From Octopus sinensis (taxonomy: Eukaryota): 64,000 nucleotides of DNA. The position numbers were made by a program, and so were the translations under genes. Position 1 is the first letter of the stretch. The number at the start of each line of letters is the position of its first letter. The DNA lies in assembly GCF_006345805.1 (NCBI RefSeq), contig NC_042997.1, positions 46,562,001-46,626,000 on the forward strand. Reading direction: 5' to 3'. Positions 52,560 to 64,000 of the stretch are shown here, piece after piece. Below the pieces are notes generated by a model. It was not told the origin of the DNA. It made no database searches and saw only the letters and a list, made by a program, of their open reading frames with translations.

Positions 52560-52780
52560 TGAACATTGAATGGAAGGACAATCTCTTGTACTGCGTGTAA
52601 ATTGAGGTCGTCTGGTATTTTTCAACATATTGGTCACTAATTGTTTTTATTAACCTACGGCCAAAAGCACCTATTGATATCACGATTGTCGATGTTTCCT
52701 TCTGCCTGTGCTTTGATATTTTCATTTCCAAGTCTTTGTACTTGGCTAATTCGTAAAACTCCTTTGCAGAACATTAATAT
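52560..52780 (-). mobile_element. Restriction-like endonuclease C-terminus of an R2/R4-superfamily non-LTR element
   Basis: LAKYKDLEMKI...TSTIVISIGAFG resembles the conserved KY.DL.IEI...P.VIGALG motif of REL-class elements. Confidence 0.65.
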
Positions 52781-54261
52781 CCAAGGGAATGGTCATACAC
52801 ATGGAAATACAAGCACACACACACACACACACACCCACACACACACGTACACACATACACACACACACACATACACACACACGCACACACATACACACGC
52901 ACACGTACGCATACGCACAGGTACATATACACACGCACACACTAACAAGCACAAAATACATCTAAACACACAATCACATACACTCTCACACATGCATATA
53001 TATATGTGTGTGTGTGTGTGTATGTGTGTGTATGTGTGTGTGTGTATGTGTGTGTGTGTATGTGTGTGCGTATGCGTGTGTATGTGTGTGTGTATGTATG
53101 TATGTGTGTGTGTATAGCAAGGAATTTTTCGACTTGCTATTGTTTACCTTTATGTACGATCGATTTATTTTAATCGTCTGTTCGGAATCACTGAATAGTT
53201 CAATGGTTCAATATGATAAGTTACATTTTCGACTTAAATGATTATGTGTGTTGTTCAAGCTTTTGTTATTGTGTGAAGTACCAAAATAGTACACTCCTAT
53301 TGGATTCATCAGTCTCCCCACAACCTTAAGAAATTTGGAAGTTTTTATAAGTTTAGAAAAGCAGTACGCTGTGTCGACAAATTACTATATTCATTTGCCA
53401 TTTTGTCGTTAATATTGTGCCGACTCCACATGACGGCTAAACATTCTCACCAATCATACGTTTATAGTCTTACGTTTCGTAAAACCGACTGACGTAGTGT
53501 GTTAGCTTGACGTTCAGAAACATTTCCGGATATGTCCTGCGCTAAAGGTAATACACAATGTATCTGCTTTGTGCTGCGTAAATATATTGTTCAATTTCTA
53601 TTCCTCTATTTACATAAACGCAGACAAAGCTCCGATAAGTTGAGTTTAATTGAATTATATAAAGAAGACTTGTGTGATCTACTTGTTGGATCAGCTGTGA
53701 CCTGTATGCAATCCACATTCGACTAAGTGTCTGCATGCTTATCTGTCTATTTCTGTATGCACCTATATATGACAACACACACACAAACACACACATATAC
53801 ACAAACTGGCAGACATGTATGACTCCTCATTTCACACATGCGCACACATGCAGGTAGACTAATAATCACACCGTCTCGTGTTACGTCATCAAACATACCT
53901 TCAGTTTGATAACCTACACAAGTTTTATCTTTGCAGCACAACACAAGCTCACATACATGGGTCTCTCACCAACTGCACGATAATTCTATACATCCACAAC
54001 ACAACATCACAGGTATATGCATGCATAGCCACTAATGTCTAGATGTATATATCAGTGAGTTTACATTTGTATGTGTGTGTGTGTATGTGTGTGCACGCTT
54101 GTGCAAGCGTGCGTGTCTTCGTATGTGCATGGAAATAGATGTGTGCCTTTATGTATGTATGTATGTATGTATGTATGTATGTATGTATGTATGTATGTAT
54201 GTATGTATGTATGTATGTATGTGTGTGTATATGTGTATGTGTGCGTATACGTATTTTTAAA

Positions 54262-54605
54262 TTCTTTTCCGTTACTTGTTTCAGTCATTAGACTGCAGCC
54301 ATGCTGGGGCCACCGCTTTGAAGTTTTAGTCGAATGGATCGACGCTGAGTTACGGGGATGCAAACATACCATTACTGATTATCATGTGGTGGTGGGGAAC
54401 AAACTTAGACACAAAGCCACACACACACATACACATATATATATGTATACTCATATACGACGAGCTTCTTTCAGTGTCCGTTTAACAAATCTACTCACAG
54501 GGCTTTGGTCGGCCAGAGGCTATAGTAGAATACACTTGCCTAAGGTGCTACGCAGTTGGCCCGAGTCCGGAACCATGTGATCGGGAAGCAAGCATCTTAC
54601 CAACA
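54262..54605 (-). mobile_element. SINE family 1, diverged copy
   Basis: TTTCAGTCATTAGACTGCAGCCATGCTGG...GGAACCATGTG...CTTACCA. Confidence 0.8.
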
Positions 54606-54864
54606 TTCTTGGATGTATTATATTGCAAGAAAGTCTTCCATTCATGTTACATGTATCGGTTCACGAATTTTATATGCCTGCCATATATATTAAGTGATTC
54701 TACATAAATGCCAGCATTCCACATTTAACTACATTTCATTATGCACACACGTAGATATTTTGGACATCCTCATGTCTTTGCTCTACGTGGCCCTCTCTAA
54801 TATTTATTCCCTTATTGCCCACAAGAAGCTAAACATTTAGGGGACAAACAATGCCAGACAGAGG

Positions 54865-55010
54865 GATTAAGTCGATTAGTTCGACCCCAGTGCATAACTG
54901 GTGCTTATTTAATCGACTCCGAAAGGATGAAAGGCAAAGTCGACTTCGGCGGAATTTGAGCTCAGAACGTAACGGCGTGCAAACGGTTCTGACCACTCGC
55001 CGCCCTGATC
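54865..55010 (-). mobile_element. SINE family 2 fragment
   Basis: TCGACCCCAGT...AAAGGCAAAGTCGACTTCGGCGGAATTTGAGCTCAGAACG. Confidence 0.75.
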
Positions 55011-55787
55011 ATCCCGCTTCCACAGGCACCTCACTTTCGCGCACTTTTCCCTTATTGTCACTACTTATTCTTCAAATATCTCCTCGACTACACCTCCTTC
55101 CATCTTCCCATTAGGTCTCTCTCTGGTTTTCTCGCTTGATCATTATTCCTATTCCACGTACTGTTCCTATGACCCAGATTGCGTCTTCCTTTCCGGTCCT
55201 CCTATTTCACACTCTAACTTCCATTTTATACGAAACTTGCAATGTAAGCAATTGTCGACTTCTTTCCTCTATCAATGATAATATCTTTTATTTCCATTTG
55301 ATAAAGGTTAAATCCCGAGCGGCTTGTGCATTATCCCTGGTCTTTCTTCCTGGACTATTAATTTTCAATGTACTATTTTCTATATAGATATTCATTCATT
55401 TCATTTTATATTGCTACGTTTTTCCCAACAGGGATTTTATATATCTAACTTTATTTGATATTCTTCTGTTTGTCACATTAACTCATAAACCTACGCGCTA
55501 TATCGAGGTGATTTTTGGAACCAATCATCCAACTATCCCTCTGTTTATCTATTCGTTCGTCCATGCATCCGTCCATCTGTCCGTCGATCTCTCGGTGTGC
55601 TTGTCTGTCTGTCCGCCTGTTTACGTAAACTTCCCTCTCAATTTATATTTACTTCGTATATGATATGCATAAATAATGTTAAATGGGTATGCATATATAT
55701 ATGCATATATATGTATTTATGAATGTTTTGCATAATGAGATAAAAAAACCCAGGCTGTATAGATATTAGAGCATTTATAGATAGAAG

Positions 55788-55842
55788 GTCTTACAGCTGT
55801 TTCTAGGATATTAATTAATAATAATTTCACGTCATCGGAGAC
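55788..55842 (-). ncRNA. Decayed type I hammerhead
   Basis: GTCT-CCGATGA-(poorly paired stem II)-GAA-ACAGCTGT-A/AGAC; same stem III as the 29.76-kb remnants. Confidence 0.55.
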
Positions 55843-56717
55843 GGTGCGAGAGGAAAAATTAAGTCATAGTTATTTTCGATGTGAAACAAATAGAGAATGA
55901 GGTGGAGGAAAGAAAATAGATGTAAGATATGTACGGTTATTGAATTCATAAATCCGTTTTATAGGCATATGGTATGTATGTGTAATATTCCAATATCCTT
56001 TGAGTAATATCCAAAAGTCCAACAGAGTTTAATATGAGTCCATCCAGATATAGAGTTCATAAGCAATGTAAGGTTCCCTTAAAATTGGTCATTCCCAGTA
56101 AGGAATTTATATAGAGTGTAGTAGATTCAAGGTTTGTATTTAAACTGACCTAGAAATAGGGAGTGTATTGGAATGGCTAAATTGTAAACAGGAAGAGACG
56201 AATGACGAAAAAAAAGAAGGGAGAGAGAAAAAGGAGGAGAGAAAAAAGAATGAAATAGAAAGAAGAAAAAAGATTAGTAAAAATAACAAAATATAAAATA
56301 CAGAATAAAACCCCTGAAGGTATGAATAAAGGGAACAAGGAAAAGAAAAAAGAAAAATTAATTAAGATATAGGTTGGTCAGTGGTCAGTGGAGATAAATA
56401 GAAAGTGGGAGTGAGGATAGAGAGAGAAAGGTATTATAGTACCAATGTGTAGTAGTAGCTTCTAATATATGTATACATGTATATATATCTATATATACAA
56501 ACATATATATACAAACATATATATACATATACATATATATATACATATATATAAATATATATATAAACATATGTATACATATATATAGATATGCATATAT
56601 ACACACACACACATATATATATGTATGTATATATATATATATATATATATATAGCTACATATATATATATACATATATACATATATATACATATACATAC
56701 ATATACACACATACCCA

Positions 56718-56757
<40 letters not shown>

Positions 56758-56781
56758 CACACATATATACACATATATATG

Positions 56782-57672
56782 CGAGGCCTGCTCAATAAGT
56801 ATCCAGTCTGTTGCTATATTAACGAAGTAAATGCACGCAGAGTGAAGCCGCTGGGGAAACATTGACCTTGAACTCTGCTGTGCATGTGCACTAAGGCTTT
56901 ACATTCTAGTTCACTTTCCCGTTTACAGCAGTGCTTGGAAGGAACGTATATAGCGCGTGATTGTCGCATTGGTCATGACAAAGACATTTGTTATAGTGAT
57001 AACTCCTCAGAGGTTACACAAAGTTGCAGAAAGTGCATGAAGCGGAGTGTATGAGCCTCACACAAATGTACGAGTGTTACGCCCTATCCATGATGGCCGA
57101 AAAATGTCAATATTGACGAAATCTCTGGCAGATCCGCAACCAGTAGAACTGATAAAATCATTGCATATATGCGTGTAGCTGTGAGGGAGAAATCATAGAA
57201 TCACCATCTGTCAATTATCAGAGAATGTGCACATTAGTTACAGTTCAGCTCAGTCCATTATCATTGAAGGTGTGGGTCTGAGATGCGTGTCTGCCAAGTT
57301 TGTGCCAAAACTGCTTTCACTTGACCAACAAGACACTCGGGTTTCAGTTGTACAATATCTCCTTGATTGTGTCGAGAAGGATGAAAAGTTTTTAAAAACC
57401 AAGTAGAGACCTCTGAGCAGGTATCGCCAAGCCTTTGGCAAAATTTTATGCAAAGTCTCTGCTCAAATGTCTCTGCTATGGTCAATGCAACGATCACATG
57501 CAACGCACCTTCCTTCCAAGCACTGCTGTAAACAGCCAAAATGAGGGAATAGGTTAAACTTAGTGAGCGTGCACGACAGAGTTAAGGGTCACTCTGTGCG
57601 AAGCCGCTTTACTCCGTGTGCTTTAGCTTCGTTACTATAGCAACAATTCGGAATTATATTGGTCAGACCACG
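56782..57672. mobile_element. Mariner-derived non-autonomous element with long inverted ends
   Basis: CGAGGCCTGCTCAATAAG versus reverse complement CGTGGTCTGACCAATATAA. Plus-strand transposase piece (CVSAKFVPKLLSLDQQ) and a minus-strand copy of the 5' region (EQRLCIKFCQRLG). Confidence 0.85.
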
Positions 57673-57758
57673 TATACACATACACACACATATATATATG
57701 TATTTATGTATATGTATATATATATATAGGAAAAAAGCAACAAGAATGGATCAAAATA

Positions 57759-57843
57759 TCGGTACAATTGCTTCGTACGAAGACATCTTTAATAAGGCTA
57801 CAAAAATTGCAGTAAATATAGATGGCTCGTACTCATCAGCCGA
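57759..57843 (-). ncRNA. Hammerhead, left arm of unit 1 (A15.1G)
   Basis: TCGG-CTGATGA-GTACGA...TCGTAC-GAA-GCAATTGT-A/CCGA. Confidence 0.78.
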
Positions 57844-58030
57844 AAAAACATCCGAGATTTCCAAACATCAAAGGAGGTAATGTTACAATCGTGAAACATC
57901 ATGTAGAAGTGGAAAATTTAGATAACAAATTGGTTTCTAAGATTTCAGTTAGTATTACATAGTCATATATCAGGTTTATAGAAAGTCTTTTCAAAACCTC
58001 TTTGTTTTGCAGAAATCTCGGATGTTTTTT

Positions 58031-58115
58031 TCGGCTGATGAGTACGAGCCATCTATATTTACTGCAATTTTTGTAGCCTTATTAAAGATGTCTTCGTACG
58101 AAACAATTGTACCGA
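58031..58115 (+). ncRNA. Type I hammerhead, fully canonical
   Basis: TCGG-CTGATGA-GTACGA..CATCT..(CTGCAA-TTT-TTGTAG)..AGATG..TCGTAC-GAA-ACAATTGT-A/CCGA; predicted cleavage after 58111. Confidence 0.92.
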
Positions 58116-58322
58116 TATTTTGATCCATTCTTGTTGCTTTTTTCCTATTTGTAATCACCCTACTTTATCGTATGGTTAACACCATATAGATTTCTGGTGC
58201 ATCCAAGTCAAGTACCATATTCTTGTGAATTCAATAGAACTCATTTGAATCTTAATTGCTTAAACTGTATATATATATATATAATATATATAGGAAAAAA
58301 GCAACAAGAATGGATCAAAATA

Positions 58323-58407
58323 TCGGTACAATTGCTTCGTACGAAGACATCTTTAATAAGGCTACAAAAATTGCAGTAAATATAGATGGCTCGTACTCAT
58401 CAGCCGG
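58323..58407 (-). ncRNA. Hammerhead, left arm of unit 2 (A15.1G)
   Basis: CCGG-CTGATGA-GTACGA...TCGTAC-GAA-GCAATTGT-A/CCGA. Confidence 0.75.
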
Positions 58408-58592
58408 AAAAACATCCGAGATTTCCAAATATCAAAGGAGGTAATGTTACAATCGTGAAACATCATGTAGAAGTGGAAAATTTAGATAACAAATTGTTTC
58501 TAAGATTTCAGTTAGTATTACATAGTCATATATCAGGTTTATAGAAAGTCTTTTCAAAACCTCTTTGTTTTGCAGAAATCTCGGATGTTTTT

Positions 58593-58679
58593 TTGGCTGA
58601 TGAGTACGAGCCATCTATATTTACTCTGCAATTTTTGTAGCCTTATTAAAGATGTCTTCGTACGAAACAATTGTACCGA
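58593..58679 (+). ncRNA. Type I hammerhead, canonical core
   Basis: TTGG-CTGATGA-GTACGA...TCGTAC-GAA-ACAATTGT-A/CCGA; predicted cleavage after 58675. Confidence 0.9.
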
Positions 58680-58830
58680 TATTTTGATCCATTCTTGTTG
58701 CTTTTTTCCTATTTATTATCACCCCACTTTATCGTATGGTTAACACCATATAGATTTCTGGTGCATCCAACTCAAGTACCATATTCATGTGAATTCAATA
58801 GAACTCATTTGAATCTTAATTGCTTAAACC

Positions 58831-58875
<45 letters not shown>

Positions 58876-59211
58876 ATTTGTGTGTGTGTGTGTGTGCGTA
58901 TGTGTGTATACATATATTTACACCCACACATGTGCGGGCACACGCACTTATACACATATATGTAGGTCATTTGACAGAATCTTCAGAGCATTTCTACTTA
59001 ACAGTTTCAATTATTTCTCTTACCGTGTGCATTCTGTGCGTATTCAATATATGTGTGTGTGTGTGTGTTGTGTGTGTATGTGTGTGTGTATAGATATATA
59101 TACATACGTATACATATATATCATAACTATATGTATCTATCTATCTATCTATCTATCTATCTACCTATCTATCTATCTATCTATCAATCAATCTATCAAT
59201 CTATCTAGCTG

Positions 59212-59287
<76 letters not shown>

Positions 59288-59340
59288 CCTACCTATCTAT
59301 CTATCCATCTATCTATCTATCTCTCGACCTACCTACTTAC

Positions 59341-59400
<60 letters not shown>

Positions 59401-59459
59401 ATATATATATATATAAGTATATAAGTGTGTATATCTCTGCCTAACTGTCTGTTTGTCTT

Positions 59460-59498
<39 letters not shown>

Positions 59499-60024
59499 GC
59501 ACTTACGCCCACACTGATTTGGTAATTGTAATATTTCTTTTAATACCAAGAAGCTGAAGAATACATGCGCTATGAAATACTTCATATTCATCCGAATATA
59601 CTGAAAAGTAGGATAGTCATAGTAATAGGTAGAACACTGTTATTCGTACAAATGTATGGAAATATACTACGGAGAAATCTACTCTAAGAGAATTTGTTTG
59701 TGAGGGACAAACGTCAACTTTAACTTATACATGATATTTGAATCAGTTATATGGAGACATTCGCTTTATAGGTTTTATCGTCCCTGTCCACAATTTTGCA
59801 GTGCTTCACTGATTCTTCGAGAAAAAGAAGAAAGGAAATGGATAAAATAACATGGTTAGCCTTCACGTATTTACACATTTTCCACAGCATTCAAACATAC
59901 TAACAACATGCCAACACCGATATATTTTAATGCAACGCAAAAAGAAAACTAATGCAATATTTTATCATTTTAGTGATCTTATATGTTAGCATACCTTAGC
60001 TGGAGTTCATGGAATGAGATTGCA

Positions 60025-60265
<241 letters not shown>

Positions 60266-60339
60266 ACATATATTATTTAGCTTTACAAACTTCGCTGGTG
60301 GTCGTATAGCATTTTAGGGGAGATAACATATATCTACGT

Positions 60340-60550
60340 GTGTCTTTGTGTCTTTGCTTGTCCCTCGATCACTGCTTGACAACTGGCATTGGTGTGTTAT
60401 GTCTTGGTAACCTAGCGGTTCGGCAAAAGATATCCGATAAAATAAGTACTAGGCCTTAAAAAATCCTGGAGTCGATACGTTTAACTAAAACTGTTCAAGG
60501 CGATGCTCCAGCATAGCCACAGTCAATTGAAAGAAATAAAAGAATAAAAG
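60340..60550 (+). mobile_element. SINE family 1, 3' half
   Basis: CACTGCTTGACAAC...CAAGGCGATGCTCCAGCATAGCCACAGTCAATTGAAAG. Confidence 0.78.
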
Positions 60551-60592
60551 AATATACATACATATATATACACACACACATACACACACACA

Positions 60593-60665
<73 letters not shown>

Positions 60666-60687
60666 TGGTTCTGTGGCAAGTATAGTT

Positions 60688-61052
60688 GCACGCATGGCTG
60701 TATGGTAAGTAGCTTGCTTACCAACCACATGGTTCCGGGTTCAGTCCCACTGCTTGGCACCTTGGGCCAGTGTCTTCAACTATAGCCTTGGGCCGACCAA
60801 AGTCTTGTGAATGGATTTGGTAGACGGAAACTGAGAGAAGCTCGTCGTTTATATATATATATATGTGTGTGTGTGTGCGTGCGTGTGTGTGTTTGTCCCC
60901 CATCATCACTTGACAATAAATGTTAGCGTGTTTACGTCCCCGTAACTTAGCGGTTCAGCAAAAGAGACCAATAAATAAGTACTAGGTTTACAAAGGATAA
61001 GTCCGGGGGTCAATTTGTTCAATTAAAGGCGGTGCCCCAGCATGGCCGCAGT
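60688..61052 (+). mobile_element. SINE family 1, full-length copy
   Basis: TGGCTGTATGG A box, GGTTCAGTCCC B box, CACCTTGGGCCAG body, AAGGCGGTGCCCCAGCATGGCCGCAGTTAAATGACT end. Confidence 0.9.
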
Positions 61053-61509
61053 TAAATGACTATTGTTATATTGTTATATTTCGGGATGGTCTTTTTTTTC
61101 TTATATACACATGCGCTTTATATTCGTTCTTCATTCATTTATTGCTGCTCGTTTTCTAATTCATGTCTGTTGTTCGAAAATCTTTCGTCTCACATCTATG
61201 ACCTCTTCAGCGACACTTTCCGTCTCCGTATGTGCACTTGCTCTGCTTAGTCCAGAGAATAGACAGAGAATAGACGAAGACGGAAAGTGACTCTGAAGGG
61301 ATCAAACATATGTCACGAAAGATTTTCGGCCAGTGAACAACAGGAGTTAGAATAAGGACGGTAATAAGCGTGTGAAGAACAAATGTATATTGCGTGTGTT
61401 TATTTGGCAAACAAAATAAATTATTAAATTACCATTCCGAAATACAATATCTGTTTCAACACACGGTTTCATATCAGGCATTAGCAAACGCAAATTCATA
61501 AACATACAT

Positions 61510-63422
61510 ACTCTTTTACTCTTTTACTTGTTTCAGTCATTTTAGTTAGTTAGTTAGTTAGTTAATTTGGCTCAAAAGCAAATAGCAAGGCCATGTAGGG
61601 GGACATGGAGTTAAGTACAGGGTGGTGTTCATGTAAAGAGTTCAGGCCACTTGAGGTCCAGGGAGGCTTTGAACAAAGCGGTCGTCGGCATCTTTACCAT
61701 CTCGTCTGCCAGCTTGTTCCACGGATCCGCAACCCGGACGGAGAAAGCTCCTCTCCTTCGATTGAGATGAAATCGTCGCAGGTAGAGCTTTTCGGAATGA
61801 CCCCGCAGCCGACGCTCTGGAGCAGGAGTGAAGAACAGCTCTTTCGAGAGGTTACACTTTCCGCTTATGATGTTGTGGGCGAGAATGAGATCACTACGGC
61901 GGCGGCGTTTTTCAAGAGAATAAAGGTCGAGCGTCCTCAGCCTTTCTTCGTAGGACAAATTTTTGAGACCATGAACCATGCGGGTAGCCAGCTTCTGGAC
62001 TCTTTCGAGATGCTGTATGTCTTTGAGGAGATAAGGAGAAGAGGCTTGAATCCCATACTCCAATATGGGTTTCACCAGCGTGACATAGAGTGGTAGGAAT
62101 ATGGCTGCTGTGAGCATTCCGAATGACCGTCGAATCAAGAACAGAATTCCGCGTGCTTTGTTGGCAGCATGGACGCACTGGGCCGAAGGCGAAAAGGAGG
62201 AATCCACCAAGATACCTAGGTCCTTTACCTGATCGGTCCTCTCCAGCAGCAGACGACCCGGCTCGAAATCAAGTTGAGTTGCAGGAGTAGAGCCGACAGG
62301 CAGATGACAGCACTTTGACACGTTCAGACACAGGTCCCAATCGTTAGACCACTTCCAAATTTGGTGGAGGCATCGACGAAGATCCTCTATATTACCGCGA
62401 GGAGCGACCAGTTTGATATCGTCGGCAAATAGAAGGGTGTGTTGCGTGAGGTCGTCGGGCAAGTCATTTATGAAGACTAAGAACAACAAGGGCCCAAGCA
62501 CTGAACCTTGAGGCACGCCACTGCTCGCACTGGAGACGTCGGACCGCGAACCATTAACTTGGACTTGGAAGGAGCGATCTGAGAGGAAGGCACAACCCAT
62601 CGTAGAATATCCGGATGGAAACTATATGCTTGAAGCTTGACAAGTAATAGGCGGTGGTTTACCGAGTCAAAAGCTTTGGCAAAGTCCAGTAAAACGATGT
62701 CAACAGCATCACTATCATCGAGGATGCGCGTCACCAATTCTTCCATTACTAGTAAGTTGGTCAAGCATGATCTCTTCGGCACGAAGCCGTGTTGGGAATC
62801 AGAGATAGAGGCTGTGTTTAGGAGGTGGAGCATCATACTTTTCTTAAGGATGGTTTCGAACATCTTGCTGATTATTGATGTAAGGGAAACCGGTCGGTAG
62901 TTAAGCGGGTCTACGCGGCTCCCTTTCTTGAAAATTGGGCAGATTATCGCTGTTCTCCAGTCTGCAGGTATAACACCCGTCGCCAATGACATATTGAATA
63001 ATCGCGTTAAGGGCTCGCAGATGACCGGAGCCAACGCTTTGATAACTGCGGCCATGCTGGAGCACCGCCTTTACTCGAGCAAATCGACCCCGGGACTTAT
63101 TCTTTGTAAGCCCAGTACTTATTCTATCGGTCTCTTTTGCCCAACCGCTAAGTGACGGGGACGTAAACACACCAGCATCGGTTGTCAAGCAATGCTAGGG
63201 GGACAAACACCGACACACAAACATACACACACACACTTAAATAAATATATACATATATACGACAGGCTTCTTTCAGTTTCCGTCTACCAAATCCCCTCAC
63301 AAGGCATTGGTCGGCCCGGGGCTATAGCAGAAGACACTTGCCCAAGATGCCACGTAGTGGGACTGAACCCGGAACCATGTGGTTGGTTAGCAAGCTACTT
63401 ACCACACAACCACTCCTGCGCC
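61510..63422 (-). mobile_element. SINE family 1 copy split by a LINE insertion (pieces 61510-61542 and ~63045-63422)
   Basis: ...TTTCAGTCATTT|[LINE]|ACTGCGGCCATGCTGGAGCACC... reconstitutes the consensus apart from about 1 nt. Confidence 0.92.
61543..63044 (-). mobile_element. Young 5'-truncated CR1-type LINE; RT region open apart from one frameshift
   Basis: NYRPVSLTS, QHGFVPKRSC, LDFAKAFDSV, GVPQGSVLGP, LFADDIK, YEERL in ORFs 62477..63055 and 61629..62600; one apparent 1-nt deletion near 62590; (TAAC)n tail. Confidence 0.95.
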
Positions 63423-64000
63423 TATATATATGTATATTTATATATAAACAGTTATACATCCATAATCTGTAGGATGCGATTAGCAGACTTGTCGATATTA
63501 CCGGATATGTTAGTCCGGATTGAGTTACATTTATTTGTTTAAGTAATAACCGTATTCATATGTATTACATGGCTTTATCTGAAGCAAGATTAATTATTTA
63601 TATAATTTTATATGAACTAGATGTTTGTGTTTGAAAGGTGCATTAGTGTATACTTACGCCAAACGACGATGAAACGCTTCTAACTATTTTTATTGATAAT
63701 AAACAATTATTCTGTAAAGTATTCCAGTTGGTTTTATGTGTGTCATAGATATATTATCATATCACCTCATTCAGTCGATACAAGATCACTCGTATTGATA
63801 GGTTCATCCGTTGCTGACCAGTGTAACAAATTTTAATAGATAATTTGTAAGAACATGCAACGCAAAATTCCATGCTTTGACGCTTTTATATAAATATGTC
63901 CTATACTTAATATGATATATATCTTCTAATCAATCAACTTAATGATTGCATTTAACGTTCATATTCATCGAACATGTGCTCACTTTATTTTTGTAATATA

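Larger units (their letters stand above)
57728..58832. mobile_element. Tandem dimer of the family A inverted-repeat hammerhead element (564-bp period)
   Basis: Units 57728-58270 and 58292-58832, each made of ~150-bp inverted arms, a ~120-bp spacer and a ~115-bp tail, joined by (TA)n. Confidence 0.9.

Noticed and set aside
53320-53520. CTGATGA at ~53325 and GAAACGTA at ~53480 (minus strand)
   Set aside because: Each lacks the other half of the hammerhead junction.
57728-58832. CRISPR-like or other prokaryotic repeat array
   Set aside because: The context is eukaryotic and there is no repeat-spacer periodicity; the repeats are whole-element duplications.
63350-63420. tRNA gene
   Set aside because: The A and B boxes belong to SINE heads; there is no complete cloverleaf.

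Overview
AT-rich, microsatellite-dense eukaryotic DNA that looks intergenic or intronic. From my recognition of the dominant tRNA-derived SINE it is most likely an octopus (coleoid cephalopod) genome; that is an inference, not a search result. No complete host gene is supportable, and most listed ORFs are translated microsatellites or SINE frames. The window holds about 12 copies of one tRNA-derived SINE, decayed CR1-group LINEs, a LINE 5' end with an exact Inr+DPE promoter, Tc1/mariner, pogo-MITE, Helitron and Gypsy remnants. The main signal, which no ORF track shows, is a set of type I hammerhead ribozyme motifs found by eye at about a dozen loci (roughly 20 motifs including decayed ones), almost all with a palindromic stem III. 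Several sit as outward-facing pairs in the arms of short inverted-repeat elements or in tandem units of 428 and 564 nt. They show compensatory changes in stems I and II, and two well-formed copies plus one decayed copy carry the U3-A8 core variant. This fits non-autonomous Penelope-like/retrozyme-type elements; none of it has been tested for cleavage.
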